Below are positions 10,306 through 21,787 of a DNA stretch of 33,893 bases, piece by piece (within the stretch, counting starts at the first letter, position 1; the number at the start of each line of letters is the position of its first letter). The DNA comes from Octopus bimaculoides. Its lineage: Eukaryota. The translations under genes were made by a program, and so were the position numbers. Below the pieces are notes generated by a model. That model had not been told where the DNA came from, searched no databases, and saw nothing but the letters and a program-made list of their open reading frames with translations. The stretch covers positions 75,763,949 through 75,797,841 of the forward strand of contig NC_068986.1 in the NCBI RefSeq assembly GCF_001194135.2, in the 5' to 3' direction.

Positions 10306-11329
10306 ATATATATGTTTCTTATAGAAACTAGGGAAAGTGTACTTACTATACGCAGTAGAGTTTATTCATTCTTTCGAAGTTGGTAATTCACTCCTTTGCA
10401 AGTGAGAGTTGCATACTTTTCATTCTAACACGATGGACGTCCATATATTTTGAAGGAGGTGGCTTACTGGTTTATCAAACATATTGATTCTCTACTTGAC
10501 TGCTATTTTTTCTTATCGCTCCACTTTTGAACAATACTTTATCTTATGTAATCAAATGTTTAAACTGTTTCTTTATCTTTTCTATCTGCAACTAGGAAGC
10601 TTCTATATCTTATCGCCGTCGCTATGATTTGTAGGTAACGCTAAGTTCGCTAGGATTTGAACTTAGAATATAAAGGGACATTAACTGAATACCGCAATCC
10701 TGGTTATTCAGAGCTTTACCACCTCACCCAATCGACCGCCATTTTCCTCTACATGTCTATCGATTCAGCTACACTACTTCTCCCCAACCCAGCGGCGCTC
10801 TTTTGATTCTACCCGTCCATTGCCCCTCTCGGAATATCTTTTGTTATGTCCACACAATGCCAGTATTTTAATAATTGATTCGTATTAGCAACGTTGCTTT
10901 AAACGAAGACAAGCTTTTGCGATGCATGTGTTACTAATTTCTGGTATTTTTTTTTTGTTGTTTTTTTGTTGTTTTTTTTTTTGTTTTAGATAGGCCAGAT
11001 AAGATAAGAAAATGTAATGTTGTTGCTGTTCTTAATGTTACGATATGACTGAAATACTGCAAGTGAGAGATGTCAATTATCTTAATATGATAAAATAGAT
11101 ACTTTTTATCGGTTGTTCAAAAGGACAATGCTTATGATGCTTTGTAGGGCCTTCTGGATTTGCAGGTGGAAGTTGAGTGGAAGTGGGAAATGTGTCCTAA
11201 AACTGGAGACCCAACCCGAATGCTTACAACAAAGTGCACTCCGCTAACGTTGCCTAGGGACCAGGTGGTTGCGTTACAACCGAGTGGTCGCTGCTAAAGG
11301 TACCCAGGAACTAAGTGGTAGTATTAAAT

Positions 11330-11568
11330 TGAGCGACTGATTAGAGCCATTGTGCAAGTTGACCGCGGTGGATTTGAATTCAGAACGCAAAGAGCCATAA
11401 CATATGCTACGGGGCATTCTGTCAGTCCACCACCCTCCGCAGATTCTTTGTTTTTCAATTGTGGAAGGAAGGAAAGGCAAAGTTAACCTCGGTGAGATTT
11501 GAACTCAGAACACAAGAAGCCGCAATAAATACAAGGTATTTCATCCGGTGCTCTAACGACTCTGCCAA
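11330..11568 (-). mobile_element. Two adjacent degenerate SINE family A 5' fragments (about 11330-11420 and 11468-11568)
   Basis: gttgaccgcggtggatttgaattcagaacg and aaggcaaagttaacctcggtgagatttgaactcagaac...gctctaacgactctgcca. Confidence 0.7.
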
Positions 11569-12152
11569 TATACAAAGTTTAGTGGTAATGACCTCCTAAA
11601 ATTCATTGTTTAACAAGTAAGCTCATACATGCAGTTACGTACATATAGAGCAAATTAAGGTCCCTTACGTGGTCAATCAACCGGGCAAATATCCAAATTA
11701 TAACCCACTTTCTTAAAGGAGGCAAGATATATTGGGAAGAAAAAGGGGTTCTGGATACACATTACCTAAAAACGATGAGTTGAAAGCAGCTTGAACTTCT
11801 TGTGATTTTAGATTTATTGGATCAGGATTGGGTGAATGCCATACTCTAGTGACGTGCTCCGGATAATATGAATCTACTGAAGATTCGAACTCCTGTTGTA
11901 CTATTTATTGACTTCAACGATTTCATATACAGGGAGGAAAGGGAGAAGAGGGAGAGATAAATTCTACCCGGGTGATTGACGCTCTTATAAAATATTGAGT
12001 GTTTACTGTTAAACCACCCCTACTTGTCCAGTCGTCTGACTAAAGGTATTGTACCATACATTTTGGTTCCTTCGGCGTACTGAGTTCGAATCCTATAGGT
12101 GCCTCATATTTAAATTTTGAGATTAGATTTGCAAAATAAGTAACACTAATGT

Positions 12153-12222
12153 ACTGGTTTCAAATCTTGGCACAAGGCCAGCAATTTCGGTAGAAGAAGA
12201 TAGCCGATTACATTGACCCCAC
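12153..12222 (-). mobile_element. SINE family A 3' fragment, ending where the foldback element begins
   Basis: tggtttcaaatcttggcacaaggccagcaatttcggtagaagaagatagccgattacattgacccca. Confidence 0.7.
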
Positions 12223-12229
12223 GGATCTT

Positions 12230-12640
12230 TTTTAAAACGGGGGCCACATTTTTCATTAACGAAACACTTTGAAACTTGGAACACTGGTAGAATGTGTCAT
12301 ATAAAACATCTTTTTCTCTTAGTCTTCTTAAAAAAAAAAGAAATCCATAAATTATTCCATGTTAAAGTTGTCGTATTTCTGTAATTTCAACCAATCACTG
12401 ACGTCCATTCAGCCGATATACATTAAGTGCCGACTACATAAACAAACGATTCTGAAACAATTAACCCTAACCCTAACCCTAACTCTAACCCTAACCCTAA
12501 CCCTAGGGTTAGGGTTAGGGTTNNNNNNNNNNCGCTTTACATCGCTTAGTGAGCCAAAGGAGTAAATGTAAACAACGGAATACTTGTCAGTGATTGGTTG
12601 AAATTATCGAAATAAGACAATTTTTTACATGAAATAAATT
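12230..12640. mobile_element. Inverted-repeat (foldback) element with a telomeric-repeat core; left boundary approximate
   Basis: Arm 12358-12402 (catgttaaagttgtcgtatttctgtaatttcaaccaatcactgac) pairs with arm 12586-12631 (gtcagtgattggttgaaattatcgaaataagacaattttttacatg). Confidence 0.6.
12463..12522. repeat. Interstitial telomeric repeat, (CCCTAA)n followed by (TTAGGG)n
   Basis: aaccctaaccctaaccctaactctaaccctaaccctaaccctagggttagggttagggtt, with its centre ccctaggg at 12501-12508; runs into a 10-N gap. Confidence 0.95.
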
Positions 12641-12654
12641 CGAATACAAAAATA

Positions 12655-12990
12655 TTTTCAGATTTGGTTTATCAAGGACTTCGATATCCAGTGTATCTTT
12701 CATATTTTGATATGAAAGCGATTTAAGAGAAATTTGGCTATTATTTCTAGCAAGCTGATTTATTTTCAGAGTTAGTACACCAAGGACTATAATGTCCAAT
12801 TTGATACAAATATTTGTGATTTAAGAAAAATTTGGCAATTGTTTCTACCAAGCTCATGTCTTGCTGGTCTTTTCTTTTTATTCCAAATTTAGAATATCTA
12901 GGATTATAATATCCAGTGTGTCCTTCATATTTTTATAAGGAATTGAGTAATTTAAGAGAATGTTTGGTTATTATTTCTAGCAAGCCGAGC
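12655..12990 (-). repeat. Three degenerate tandem units of about 100-115 bp of a dispersed repeat that also occurs at about 26226-26300
   Basis: Units share ttttcaga...aggact...tcca...gatttaagagaaatttggc...tttcta(g/c)caagc. The reverse complement resembles 26226-26300 (ctagaa..gccaaat..ctc..atc...acattggataatgtagtc). Confidence 0.65.
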
Positions 12991-13711
12991 CATTCTTGAA
13001 CCTCCCTTGTTAGTTTGTTTGGCTGCCATGTGTTTTTCTTTTTGATGTGTATAGCTTGTTTTTATTGTTTCACTAATTCGATATGTATAATTTAGTTTAA
13101 GCGGACAGTTATTCCATTACGCCCACTATCGTATCAGAGAAATACTGAGAGAATTTAGTGCAAAGAGGAGACATGTCATGATAACATGTACAAGGTTGGG
13201 GAGCGTGAAATTGGTTAAAACAACTCATTCATCTTTGAATAGCTAAAGTCTCTCGTCTAACCAAATCAAAACTATATAAATATGAAGCAGATTTCTAGGG
13301 ACGATCAATACTTTATTGCATTTTATGCACTTCTACCCACGCCAGATACAGTGCATGTCGCAATATTGACGAGTTATCTGCTGCAAAATGCGAACCGGAT
13401 TTATTAAACAGCAATGGCTAGGACGACAAGACGGCAATAACAAAATTAAATGTACAAAGTCGAACGAAAATAATAGCGAAAGAGAGTGGGAAAGAGTGAA
13501 CAAGCGAGGCGAGAGAAAGAATTAGGAAAAGAGAGATGTCTGGCTGGGAATAAATGGACGGGGATTGAAGAGGTGGAGGGAAATGGACAGAAGAAATGAA
13601 GTGAAGGAGTGAACCGAAAGAAAGGATGTATGAATGAATTTATGAATAGACGAATGAATTAATGACTGAATGGACAAAATAGGAATTATAGCTGGACAAA
13701 CTGACAGTGAA

Positions 13712-13746
<35 letters not shown>

Positions 13747-14273
13747 TGAAAGGGAAAGAGACAGACAGACAGGTAATCAGACAGACAGATGCACAGACGG
13801 ACGGGCGGACTGACAAACAGAAAGGGGTAAACATACAAATGTAAGGAAAATAGGAAAGGAAGAAGAAATGATGTACGAGGGTAGTGATTTGTCAATGGTC
13901 GGTGCGGATCACACGTAATCTCGTAATCTTGTGGTTTGGTGAGTGAATGTGAGGTATTGGGGAAGGGGACAGCTCGAGGAACAGGGCGACTTCGTGTGTA
14001 CATATATATATATATACATATAATTGAACATCGTAGCATGTTTGAACTAGCTAGGCAGCTGCTATTATAGACAGACACTCAACAAGTCAATATGGCTGCC
14101 GGATCTGTTTCCTTGTTAACCAGCAAAGAGAAAAAAAAAAAGAAAAGAAAAATAGTACGAAAACTACACTGCCCTCTGTTCTTTTGGAGCAACCAATCAA
14201 ATGATAAAAGTGGACTCAGACAAAAATCACAGCATGGTCAGTAATAATACATGTTCCGAAATCTGGTCTTTTA

Positions 14274-14362
14274 TGTTGTTGTTGTTGCTGTTGTTGTTAC
14301 TGCTGCTGCTGCTGCTGCTGCTGTTGCTGTTGTTGCTGTTGATGTGGTTGTTGCTGTTGCTT
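14274..14362. repeat. (GTT)n/(GCT)n trinucleotide repeat
   Basis: Directly visible. Confidence 0.9.
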
Positions 14363-14579
14363 TTTTTAAACCTAGGACGATCATCATCATCCGTCAGATC
14401 GAAGACGTTTCGAATATGACCAACCTGATTTTCTTAGTAAAATCAGAACTGCATTGTTCTTTATTTAAGATAGTAAGGGTACTATCTCTAGCAGACCTAG
14501 CGACCTCGAAGGAGGTGCCTTCGCTACCTGCTCGTCCATTATTCTAGAAATGAAATCGGTATTTCATACAATTCAGTTA

Positions 14580-14920
14580 TGTCTCTCTCTGTGCTGTGCA
14601 TTAATTAGGACTTCTCTCTTTCTCTCTCTCTCTTTTTCTCTCACTCTTTTCTTTCTCTCTCTTTCATTTTCTCGGTGACTCCCTTTTTCTCGCCCCCCCC
14701 TTTTTTCTCTTCCTTTCTTGCCCTCCCTTTTTCTCTCTCTTCCATTCTTTCTCTCCTATTTTCTTCCTTTCTGTTTCTCTCACTCATTCATTCCTTTTCA
14801 CTCTGTCTTGCCATCTGTCACTCACTCATTCATTCTTTCTCATTCTCCTTGTCTCTCTCTCTCTCTCTTGCTCCCTCTCTCTCTCTTGCTTCCCGTCTCT
14901 CTCTGGCTCTCTCTCACTTT
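14580..14920. repeat. CT-rich low-complexity tract
   Basis: Directly visible. Confidence 0.85.
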
Positions 14921-15637
14921 CAGAGATCATCAAAATCATAGCATGTCAGGCTTGGCTATTTAACGATGCTTTACGACAATTCGACAGGTTGAATGGAGTA
15001 AACCTATGCTGCATTGTAATATCGTCTACGTACAAGTAGCCGTGCATCATTGTGTGTAGTATTGCGGTGAGTTATGCAATACTGTAGCGTACTGTGCCAT
15101 ACCGTACTGTGCCGTACTTTGCCATGCTGTATTGTATCGTATTACTATTATTGCTGTATTATACAGTATTACTATTATTGCTGTATTGTACCGTATTATT
15201 ATTATATTATTGACGTAATGACTATCCCAAGGATAGTCATTACGTCAATAATAATAACACATATCAAAATTTGCTTCAACAATCCTAAAACATGAGGTTG
15301 CAGAGCGAACGTCTCAATCACATGGCTATGCCTGTACCTTCGCACAGTTCAACAGAGATTCAACATGGTCTGCATTTGCTTAACTGGATCGATGAAATTC
15401 TGTGAATGATCGATCAGACGCTTAAAATCAATTTTGTTTGCTGGTATGGTATGTCACCCAGTGGTCGCTTACCATAGTTGTTCCTGGTGACAATAAGAGT
15501 GTGGCACATTTAAGAACGTTGCAGTGGTTGCGTCCGTTATCTATTGCAAACAGAAAACACTTTAAACCAAACTTCAAGGCCTCCAGAAAACCTAATGAGT
15601 ATCCACATAATGGTTTACATTCAGTTTACATCTGAAA

Positions 15638-15955
15638 GTGAAGAAGCATGGCTTGGTGGTTAGGGTATTCGGTTCACGATCATAAGATCGTGAGTTCAAT
15701 TCCCGGCCACGCGTTGTGTCCTTGCGTAAGAAACTTTATTTCACGTTGCTCCCGTCCACTTAGCTGGCAAAAGTGAGTAGTACTAGTATTTTAAAGGGCC
15801 AGCGTTGTCACATTCTGTGTCACGCTGAATATCCCTGAGAAGTACGTTAAGGTTACACGTGTCTGTGGAGAGCTCAGCCACTTGCACGTTAATTTCACGA
15901 GCAGGCTGTTCCATTGATTAGATCAATTGGAACATTCGTCGTCATAACTGACGGT
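15638..15955 (+). mobile_element. tRNA-derived SINE family C, near full length
   Basis: A-box-like tggcttggtggttagg and B-box ggagttcaattccc-like (gtgagttcaattcccgg), followed by gttgtgtccttgcgtaagaaactttatttcacgttgctcccgtccacttagctggcaaaagtgagtag, which resembles the conserved central domains of animal SINE superfamilies (recalled, not searched). Confidence 0.8.
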
Positions 15956-16464
15956 GTCTCAGTGACATCTGAAAAGTACACTATATTGATTTTCAAATTC
16001 TGATTTGAATTGTATTTCTAATAGAATGCTTTGGGCGTATGTCACAGTAGGAAGTAATAAGCAAATAAACAAACCCTACCCCTCTAAGAAAGTGAGGCAT
16101 TGTTTGGGGATTTGGTTTTATTTCTATCGAGTAGATCAAACGCGTAGAGGCGCTCTCATTTGCTCTATATATATGTAACCGCATGTATGAATTTACCTGT
16201 TGACACCCAAACACCATTATTTTAATGCTGGCCATGTTAAATACCCATTAGCACATGAGATAAATGACTTGCAATATAGATAGTGTTCCTTGGAAAAAAA
16301 TGTATCTATTTGTCTATTCGCAATGACAATTCTTTTCGACCTACCCTTTTGATACACCAACCTATGTATCTTTTTGCACAACGGGAGTCTTCAATAAGTT
16401 CCATGTTCTCACCACAGTTAGGACAAAGTCAAATACGATGAAATTCTTAGCGATATTTCGTTCT

Positions 16465-16612
16465 TATTTTCGTCCTGGCTTCAAATTCCGCCGATGTCGA
16501 CTTTGCCTTTCATCCTTTCAGGGCTGATAAAATAAGTACCAGCCGAGCAGTGGGTCGATCTAATCGTCTTGATCCTTCTCTAAATTGCTGACCTTATGCC
16601 AAAATTCGAAAT
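16465..16612 (+). mobile_element. SINE family A copy
   Basis: ttcaaattccgccgatgtcgactttgcctttcatcctttcagggctgataaaataagtaccag...gggtcgatctaatcg. Confidence 0.8.
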
Positions 16613-16674
16613 CAATATACTTAAGCTCCTAATAGGTAGACTTTAGACGCGTTAATTACGAACGTAACCAGAAA

Positions 16675-16835
16675 AGTATTGCAGTTCGGCAAAAGGTGAG
16701 CGATAGAATCAATTACCAGGCTTTAAAAGTAAGTACGGGGCTCGATTTGTTCGACTAAAAATAACCTTCGAAAGCAGTGGACTCCAACATGGCTGCTGTC
16801 CAGTGACTGAATCATGTAAAAGAGAAAAGATACAA
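16675..16835 (+). mobile_element. Degenerate SINE family B tail
   Basis: gcagttcggcaaaagg...gatagaat...gggctcgatttgttcgactaaa...gcagtggactccaacatggctgctgtccagtgactgaa. Confidence 0.7.
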
Positions 16836-17218
16836 GAATACAAAATAAACTATAAAACATGAACAAACAACTATCGAAAATATAACTAACTTTGTGTGAT
16901 ACATTCAAGTTTGGTTTTTGTTGTTTTTTCTTTTGTATTTTTTTTCTGGATATTTTTTTCTATTTGTTTGCCTTTTGTTTTTATGTGTGTTTTTTCAGTT
17001 CCCTTTCTGTAAAATCAGAATTGTAAATGAATCGAACATCTGTTCCAAGAAATGTAGGCCAGGACTGATAAACTGGCACAAATAGGAATAGAAGACAATA
17101 TATATTATAGAGAGAGAAAAAAAATCTATGACTTAACATGTGAAACAATATGACAAACTATATACCTCACTCAACGTGTGTCGTCGGTCCCATTGTCGCT
17201 GCTGTGTTCATGTTGTCA

Positions 17219-17220
17219 TT

Positions 17221-17298
<78 letters not shown>

Positions 17299-17596
17299 GA
17301 CGTTGCGGTTGTTTTTATTGTTGTATTGGTTTAAAGGTAGTACTTCTGTCTTTATATATATATATATATACATATATACTTGTGCGTTTGTGTGTCGTGA
17401 ACATGTTTGTGTGTGCGCGTGCGTGTGTCGCATGCGCGTGGTGTATGGTGTATTGGTGTATGCGTGCATATGTATATGTACATGTTTGTGTGTGTGTGTA
17501 TATATACATATATATATATACGTTTGTGTGTATATATGTGTGTGTGCGTGTGTGCGTATTTGTGTATGTATGTATATGTGTATATGTGTGTAAGCA

Positions 17597-17649
<53 letters not shown>
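17219..17649. repeat. (GTA)n(GTT)n followed by a degenerate (GT/AT)n tract
   Basis: Directly visible. Confidence 0.9.
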
Positions 17650-18220
17650 NNNNNNNNNNNNNNNNNNNNNNNNNNNNNNNNNNNNNNNNNNNNNNNNNNN
17701 NNNNNNNNNNNNNNNNNNNNNNNNNNNNNNNNNNNNNNNNNNNNNNNNNNNNNNNNNNNNNNNNNNNNNNNNNNNNNNNNNNNNNNNNNNNNNNNNNNNN
17801 NNNNNNNNNNNNNNNNNNNNNNNNNNNNNNNNNNNNNNNNNNNNNNNNNNNNNNNNNNNNNNNNNNNNNNNNNNNNNNNNNNNNNNNNNNNNNNNNNNNN
17901 NNNNNNNNNNNNNNNNNNNNNNNNNNNNNNNNNNNNNNNNNNNNNNNNNNNNNNNNNNNNNNNNNNNNNNNNNNNNNNNNNNNNNNNNNNNNNNNNNNNN
18001 NNNNNNNNNNNNNNNNNNNNNNNNNNNNNNNNNNNNNNNNNNNNNNNNNNNNNNNNNNNNNNNNNNNNNNNNNNNNNNNNNNNNNNNNNNNNNNNNNNNN
18101 NNNNNNNNNNNNNNNNNNNNNNNNNNNNNNNNNNNNNNNNNNNNNNNNNNNNNNNNNNNNNNNNNNNNNNNNNNNNNNNNNNNNNNNNNNNNNNNNNNNN
18201 NNNNNNNNNNNNNNNNNNNN

Positions 18221-18404
18221 AGTAGAGGCCAGGACAGAAGGGTAGATAGGAAGATAGAGGAAGACAGATAGATAAATAGATAGAGAGGATGGTGGAGGGA
18301 GGAAGTGGAACAAGGAGGAAGGGACAGAAGGGTATAGCAGTGAAGTAGAGGCCAGGACAGAGGTATAGATAGAAAGATGGAGGAAGACAGATAGATAAAT
18401 AGAT

Positions 18405-18439
<35 letters not shown>

Positions 18440-18440
18440 C

Positions 18441-18471
<31 letters not shown>

Positions 18472-18475
18472 AAGA
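18221..18475. repeat. Direct duplication of about 65 bp (period 123 bp) merging into (AGAT)n
   Basis: agtagaggccaggacaga...ggaagacagatagataaatagataga occurs at 18221 and 18344. Confidence 0.8.
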
Positions 18476-18583
18476 TAGTCACGTCAGAATAATAGTAGAC
18501 TTACTTGCAAAATAGGACGTGTGCGTTCAATAATGTAATAATACAAAGAATATATATATATATGTCTGTATATGTGTGTGTGA

Positions 18584-18625
<42 letters not shown>

Positions 18626-19249
18626 ATGTGTGTATGTGTTTTAATAGATACACAGATACATACATAGACATGGTAGTCCACTTGTTACCGAGGAAGACCA
18701 TCACTGGCTATTTGCTCATGCAAAATGTCGGCATGCGGTGCTGCGGCATTGGAAAGCTCGCAACGCCGGCGATCATGTAACCTAGAATTTTAAGTCTAAA
18801 AGGGTTTGCACAAAACCTCACAGGCGCTCTCCATCCTATTGACTCGATCCAAGAACAAAGCCAGGGCAAAATCTCCAGCTCCAATATTGGTCGCTGATTC
18901 AGGAATGTGGGAACGCCATGATCTCAAACGCAAGCAAAAGAGCTTCAAAGTATACATACATACATACATACATACTTATGTATGTATTTTACGCGGAGGA
19001 AAAAATCTGATTGTATCGATATCAATACCTGACTACTGTTTTATTTTATCGATCCAAGAATCGATTCTAACCACACGCACGCATACACATATACATCATT
19101 TTGTGTATGTGTACATCTATAGTATATATACACATGTATATATTTATGTTTTATAAATACACATGTGCGTTTATATACAGACTCACGCATGTGTATTTAC
19201 ATGCATATGTATGTGTGTGTATGTGCGCACGCGTGTACATATATTCTAT

Positions 19250-19440
19250 TACTCGTTTCAGTCATTTGACTGCAGCCATGCTGGAGCACCGCTTTGAAGT
19301 GTTTTTGTCGAATAAGTCTTCCCTAGGACTTATTTTTTAGCCTAATACTTATTTTATCGGTCTTTTGCCGAGCAGCTAGGTTATGGAGGCGTAAATACAC
19401 CAACACCGGTTGTCAAGCGATAACGGAGGGTGGACAAAGA
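19250..19440 (-). mobile_element. SINE family B, tail half
   Basis: ctcgtttcagtcatttgactgcagccatgctggagcaccgc...tcttttgccga...gtaaatacaccaacaccggttgtcaagcgat. Confidence 0.85.
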
Positions 19441-20314
19441 CACACACACATACACATACATACATATATATACATATATANNNNNNNNNNNNNNNNNNNN
19501 NNNNNNNNNNNNNNNNNNNNNNNNNNNNNNNNNNNNNNNNNNNNNNNNNNNNNNNNNNNNNNNNNNNNNNNNNNNNNNNNNNNNNNNNNNNNNNNNNNNN
19601 NNNNNNNNNNNNNNNNNNNNNNNNNNNNNNNNNNNNNNNNNNNNNNNNNNNNNNNNNNNNNNNNNNNNNNNNNNNNNNNNNNNNNNNNNNNNNNNNNNNN
19701 NNNNNNNNNNNNNNNNNNNNNNNNNNNNNNNNNNNNNNNNNNNNNNNNNNNNNNNNNNNNNNNNNNNNNNNNNNNNNNNNNNNNNNNNNNNNNNNNNNNN
19801 NNNNNNNNNNNNNNNNNNNNNNNNNNNNNNNNNNNNNNNNNNNNNNNNNNNNNNNNNNNNNNNNNNNNNNNNNNNNNNNNNNNNNNNNNNNNNNNNNNNN
19901 NNNNNNNNNNNNNNNNNNNNNNNNNNNNNNNNNNNNNNNNNNNNNNNNNNNNNNNNNNNNNNNNNNNNNNNNNNNNNNNNNNNNNNNNNNNNNNNNNNNN
20001 NNNNNNNNNNNNNNNNNNNNNNNNNNNNNNNNNNNNNNNNNNNNNNNNNNNNNNNNNNNNNNNNNNNNNNNNNNNNNNNNNNNNNNNNNNNNNNNNNNNN
20101 NNNNNNNNNNNNNNNNNNNNNNNNNNNNNNNNNNNNNNNNNNNNNNNNNNNNNNNNNNNNNNNNNNNNNNNNNNNNNNNNNNNNNNNNNNNNNNNNNNNN
20201 NNNNNNNNNNNNNNNNNNNNNNNNNNNNNNNNNNNNNNNNNNNNNNNNNNNNNNNNNNNNNNNNNNNNNNNNNNNNNNNNNNNNNNNNNNNNNNNNNNNA
20301 TATATATATATATA

Positions 20315-20712
20315 TAATTTCTTAAGTAACGAGATGGATTTGGTATTAGTCTTTATTTTGTACAACGGTCGTTTCGACCCGTCCTGCTACTGTCAATTAT
20401 GGGTGGGACTCCGTTCAACATGTTGTGTTGCATCCATTTTGTGTCTGGGTTTAATCAAGTACACCCATACATAAGTTCTGCCTCTCCCTAACTAGACGGG
20501 CATATAACAACAATGCCAGCCAAAACTCAGGATCTTTAACGAGACACAACTTTATGTATGGATGTACCTGTTGAGACCCAGACTGCAAAATGGATGCAAC
20601 ACATGTTGAACGGAATTCCACCCATAAAGGACAGTAGCAGGATGGGTCGAAACGACCGTTGTACAAAATAGAGATTAATACTAAATCGATCTTCTCGTTA
20701 CTTAAGAAATTA
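20315..20712. mobile_element. Foldback MITE with arms of about 160 bp
   Basis: 20315-20476 aligns to the reverse complement of 20550-20712 (termini taatttcttaagtaacgaga / tctcgttacttaagaaatta). The spacer is about 75 bp and the flanks are AT-repeat. Confidence 0.9.
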
Positions 20713-20881
20713 TTATTATTATCTCAACTAACACTACGGTGTTCCTGGAGTAGATCCAGCGGAAATACCCCGACTGCGGATGACACCAGGTAGCCCAAAC
20801 TGTGCCAATGCTCTTGTCAACACTTCAACACACTAATCAACATATACCCATTAGTCCAAAATATTCTATACATATATAGGT

Positions 20882-21090
20882 GTGTTATTTCTTTACTACC
20901 CACAAGGGGCTACACACAGAGGGGACAAACAAAGACAGACAAACAGATTAAGTCAATTATATCGACCCCAGTGCGTAACTGGTACTTATTTAATCGACCC
21001 CGAAAGGATGAAAGGCAAAGTCGACCTCGGCGGAATTTGAACTCAGAACGTAGCGGCAGACGAAATACCGCTAAGCATTTCGCCCGGCGT
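20882..21090 (-). mobile_element. SINE family A variant with an alternative 3' tail; runs into a gap
   Basis: Well-preserved core (ggtacttatttaatcgaccccgaaaggatgaaaggcaaagtcgacctcggcggaatttgaactcagaacg). The tail (minus strand ctttgtttgtcccctctgtgtgtagccccttgtgggtagtaaagaaataa) differs from other A copies. Confidence 0.9.
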
Positions 21091-21571
21091 NNNNNNNNNN
21101 NNNNNNNNNNNNNNNNNNNNNNNNNNNNNNNNNNNNNNNNNNNNNNNNNNNNNNNNNNNNNNNNNNNNNNNNNNNNNNNNNNNNNNNNNNNNNNNNNNNN
21201 NNNNNNNNNNNNNNNNNNNNNNNNNNNNNNNNNNNNNNNNNNNNNNNNNNNNNNNNNNNNNNNNNNNNNNNNNNNNNNNNNNNNNNNNNNNNNNNNNNNN
21301 NNNNNNNNNNNNNNNNNNNNNNNNNNNNNNNNNNNNNNNNNNNNNNNNNNNNNNNNNNNNNNNNNNNNNNNNNNNNNNNNNNNNNNNNNNNNNNNNNNNN
21401 NNNNNNNNNNNNNNNNNNNNNNNNNNNNNNNATTTATCCAAAAAGCACCATCACTGATTTGTGAAAGTTAAAAGATAAATTAAAGAAAATCATTAACATT
21501 CTATAGAAGGTCATTGGATGTATTATAAATGTTAAACTATATTTTTCACCTATCAAAATTGAATAAGAAAT

Positions 21572-21787
21572 ATTGATTTCAAATTTTGACACAAGGCAAG
21601 CAATTTCGGGGGAGGGGTAAGTCGATTACATCGATCCCAGTACTCAAATGGTACTTATTTAATCGACCCTGTGAGGATGAAGGCAAAGTCGACCTTGGCG
21701 GAATTTGAACTCAGAACGTAAAGATAGAAGAAATACCGCTAAGCATTTTGCCCGCGTGCTAACGATTCTGTCATCTTGCTGCCTTGA
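21572..21787 (-). mobile_element. SINE family A, near full length
   Basis: tgatttcaaattttgacacaagg...aaggcaaagtcgaccttggcggaatttgaactcagaacgtaaag...gctaacgattctg. Confidence 0.9.

Noticed and set aside
12463-12522. Chromosome end-to-end fusion scar
   Set aside because: The orientation is CCCTAA then TTAGGG, the reverse of a fusion, and the tract lies inside inverted arms.
14468-14547. Hairpins (agatagta/tactatct, cgaagg/ccttcg) followed by CTAG, as a Helitron 3' end
   Set aside because: CTAG is followed by A rather than T, lies about 20 nt from the hairpin, and no 5' end is evident.
15638-15710. Functional tRNA genes here, at 27065-27135 and in family B heads
   Set aside because: A/B boxes are present, but there is no complete acceptor stem or terminator, and each continues into a SINE body.
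20640-20660. ggtcGAAACgacc in the MITE arm as a hammerhead
   Set aside because: No CUGANGA partner on that strand.
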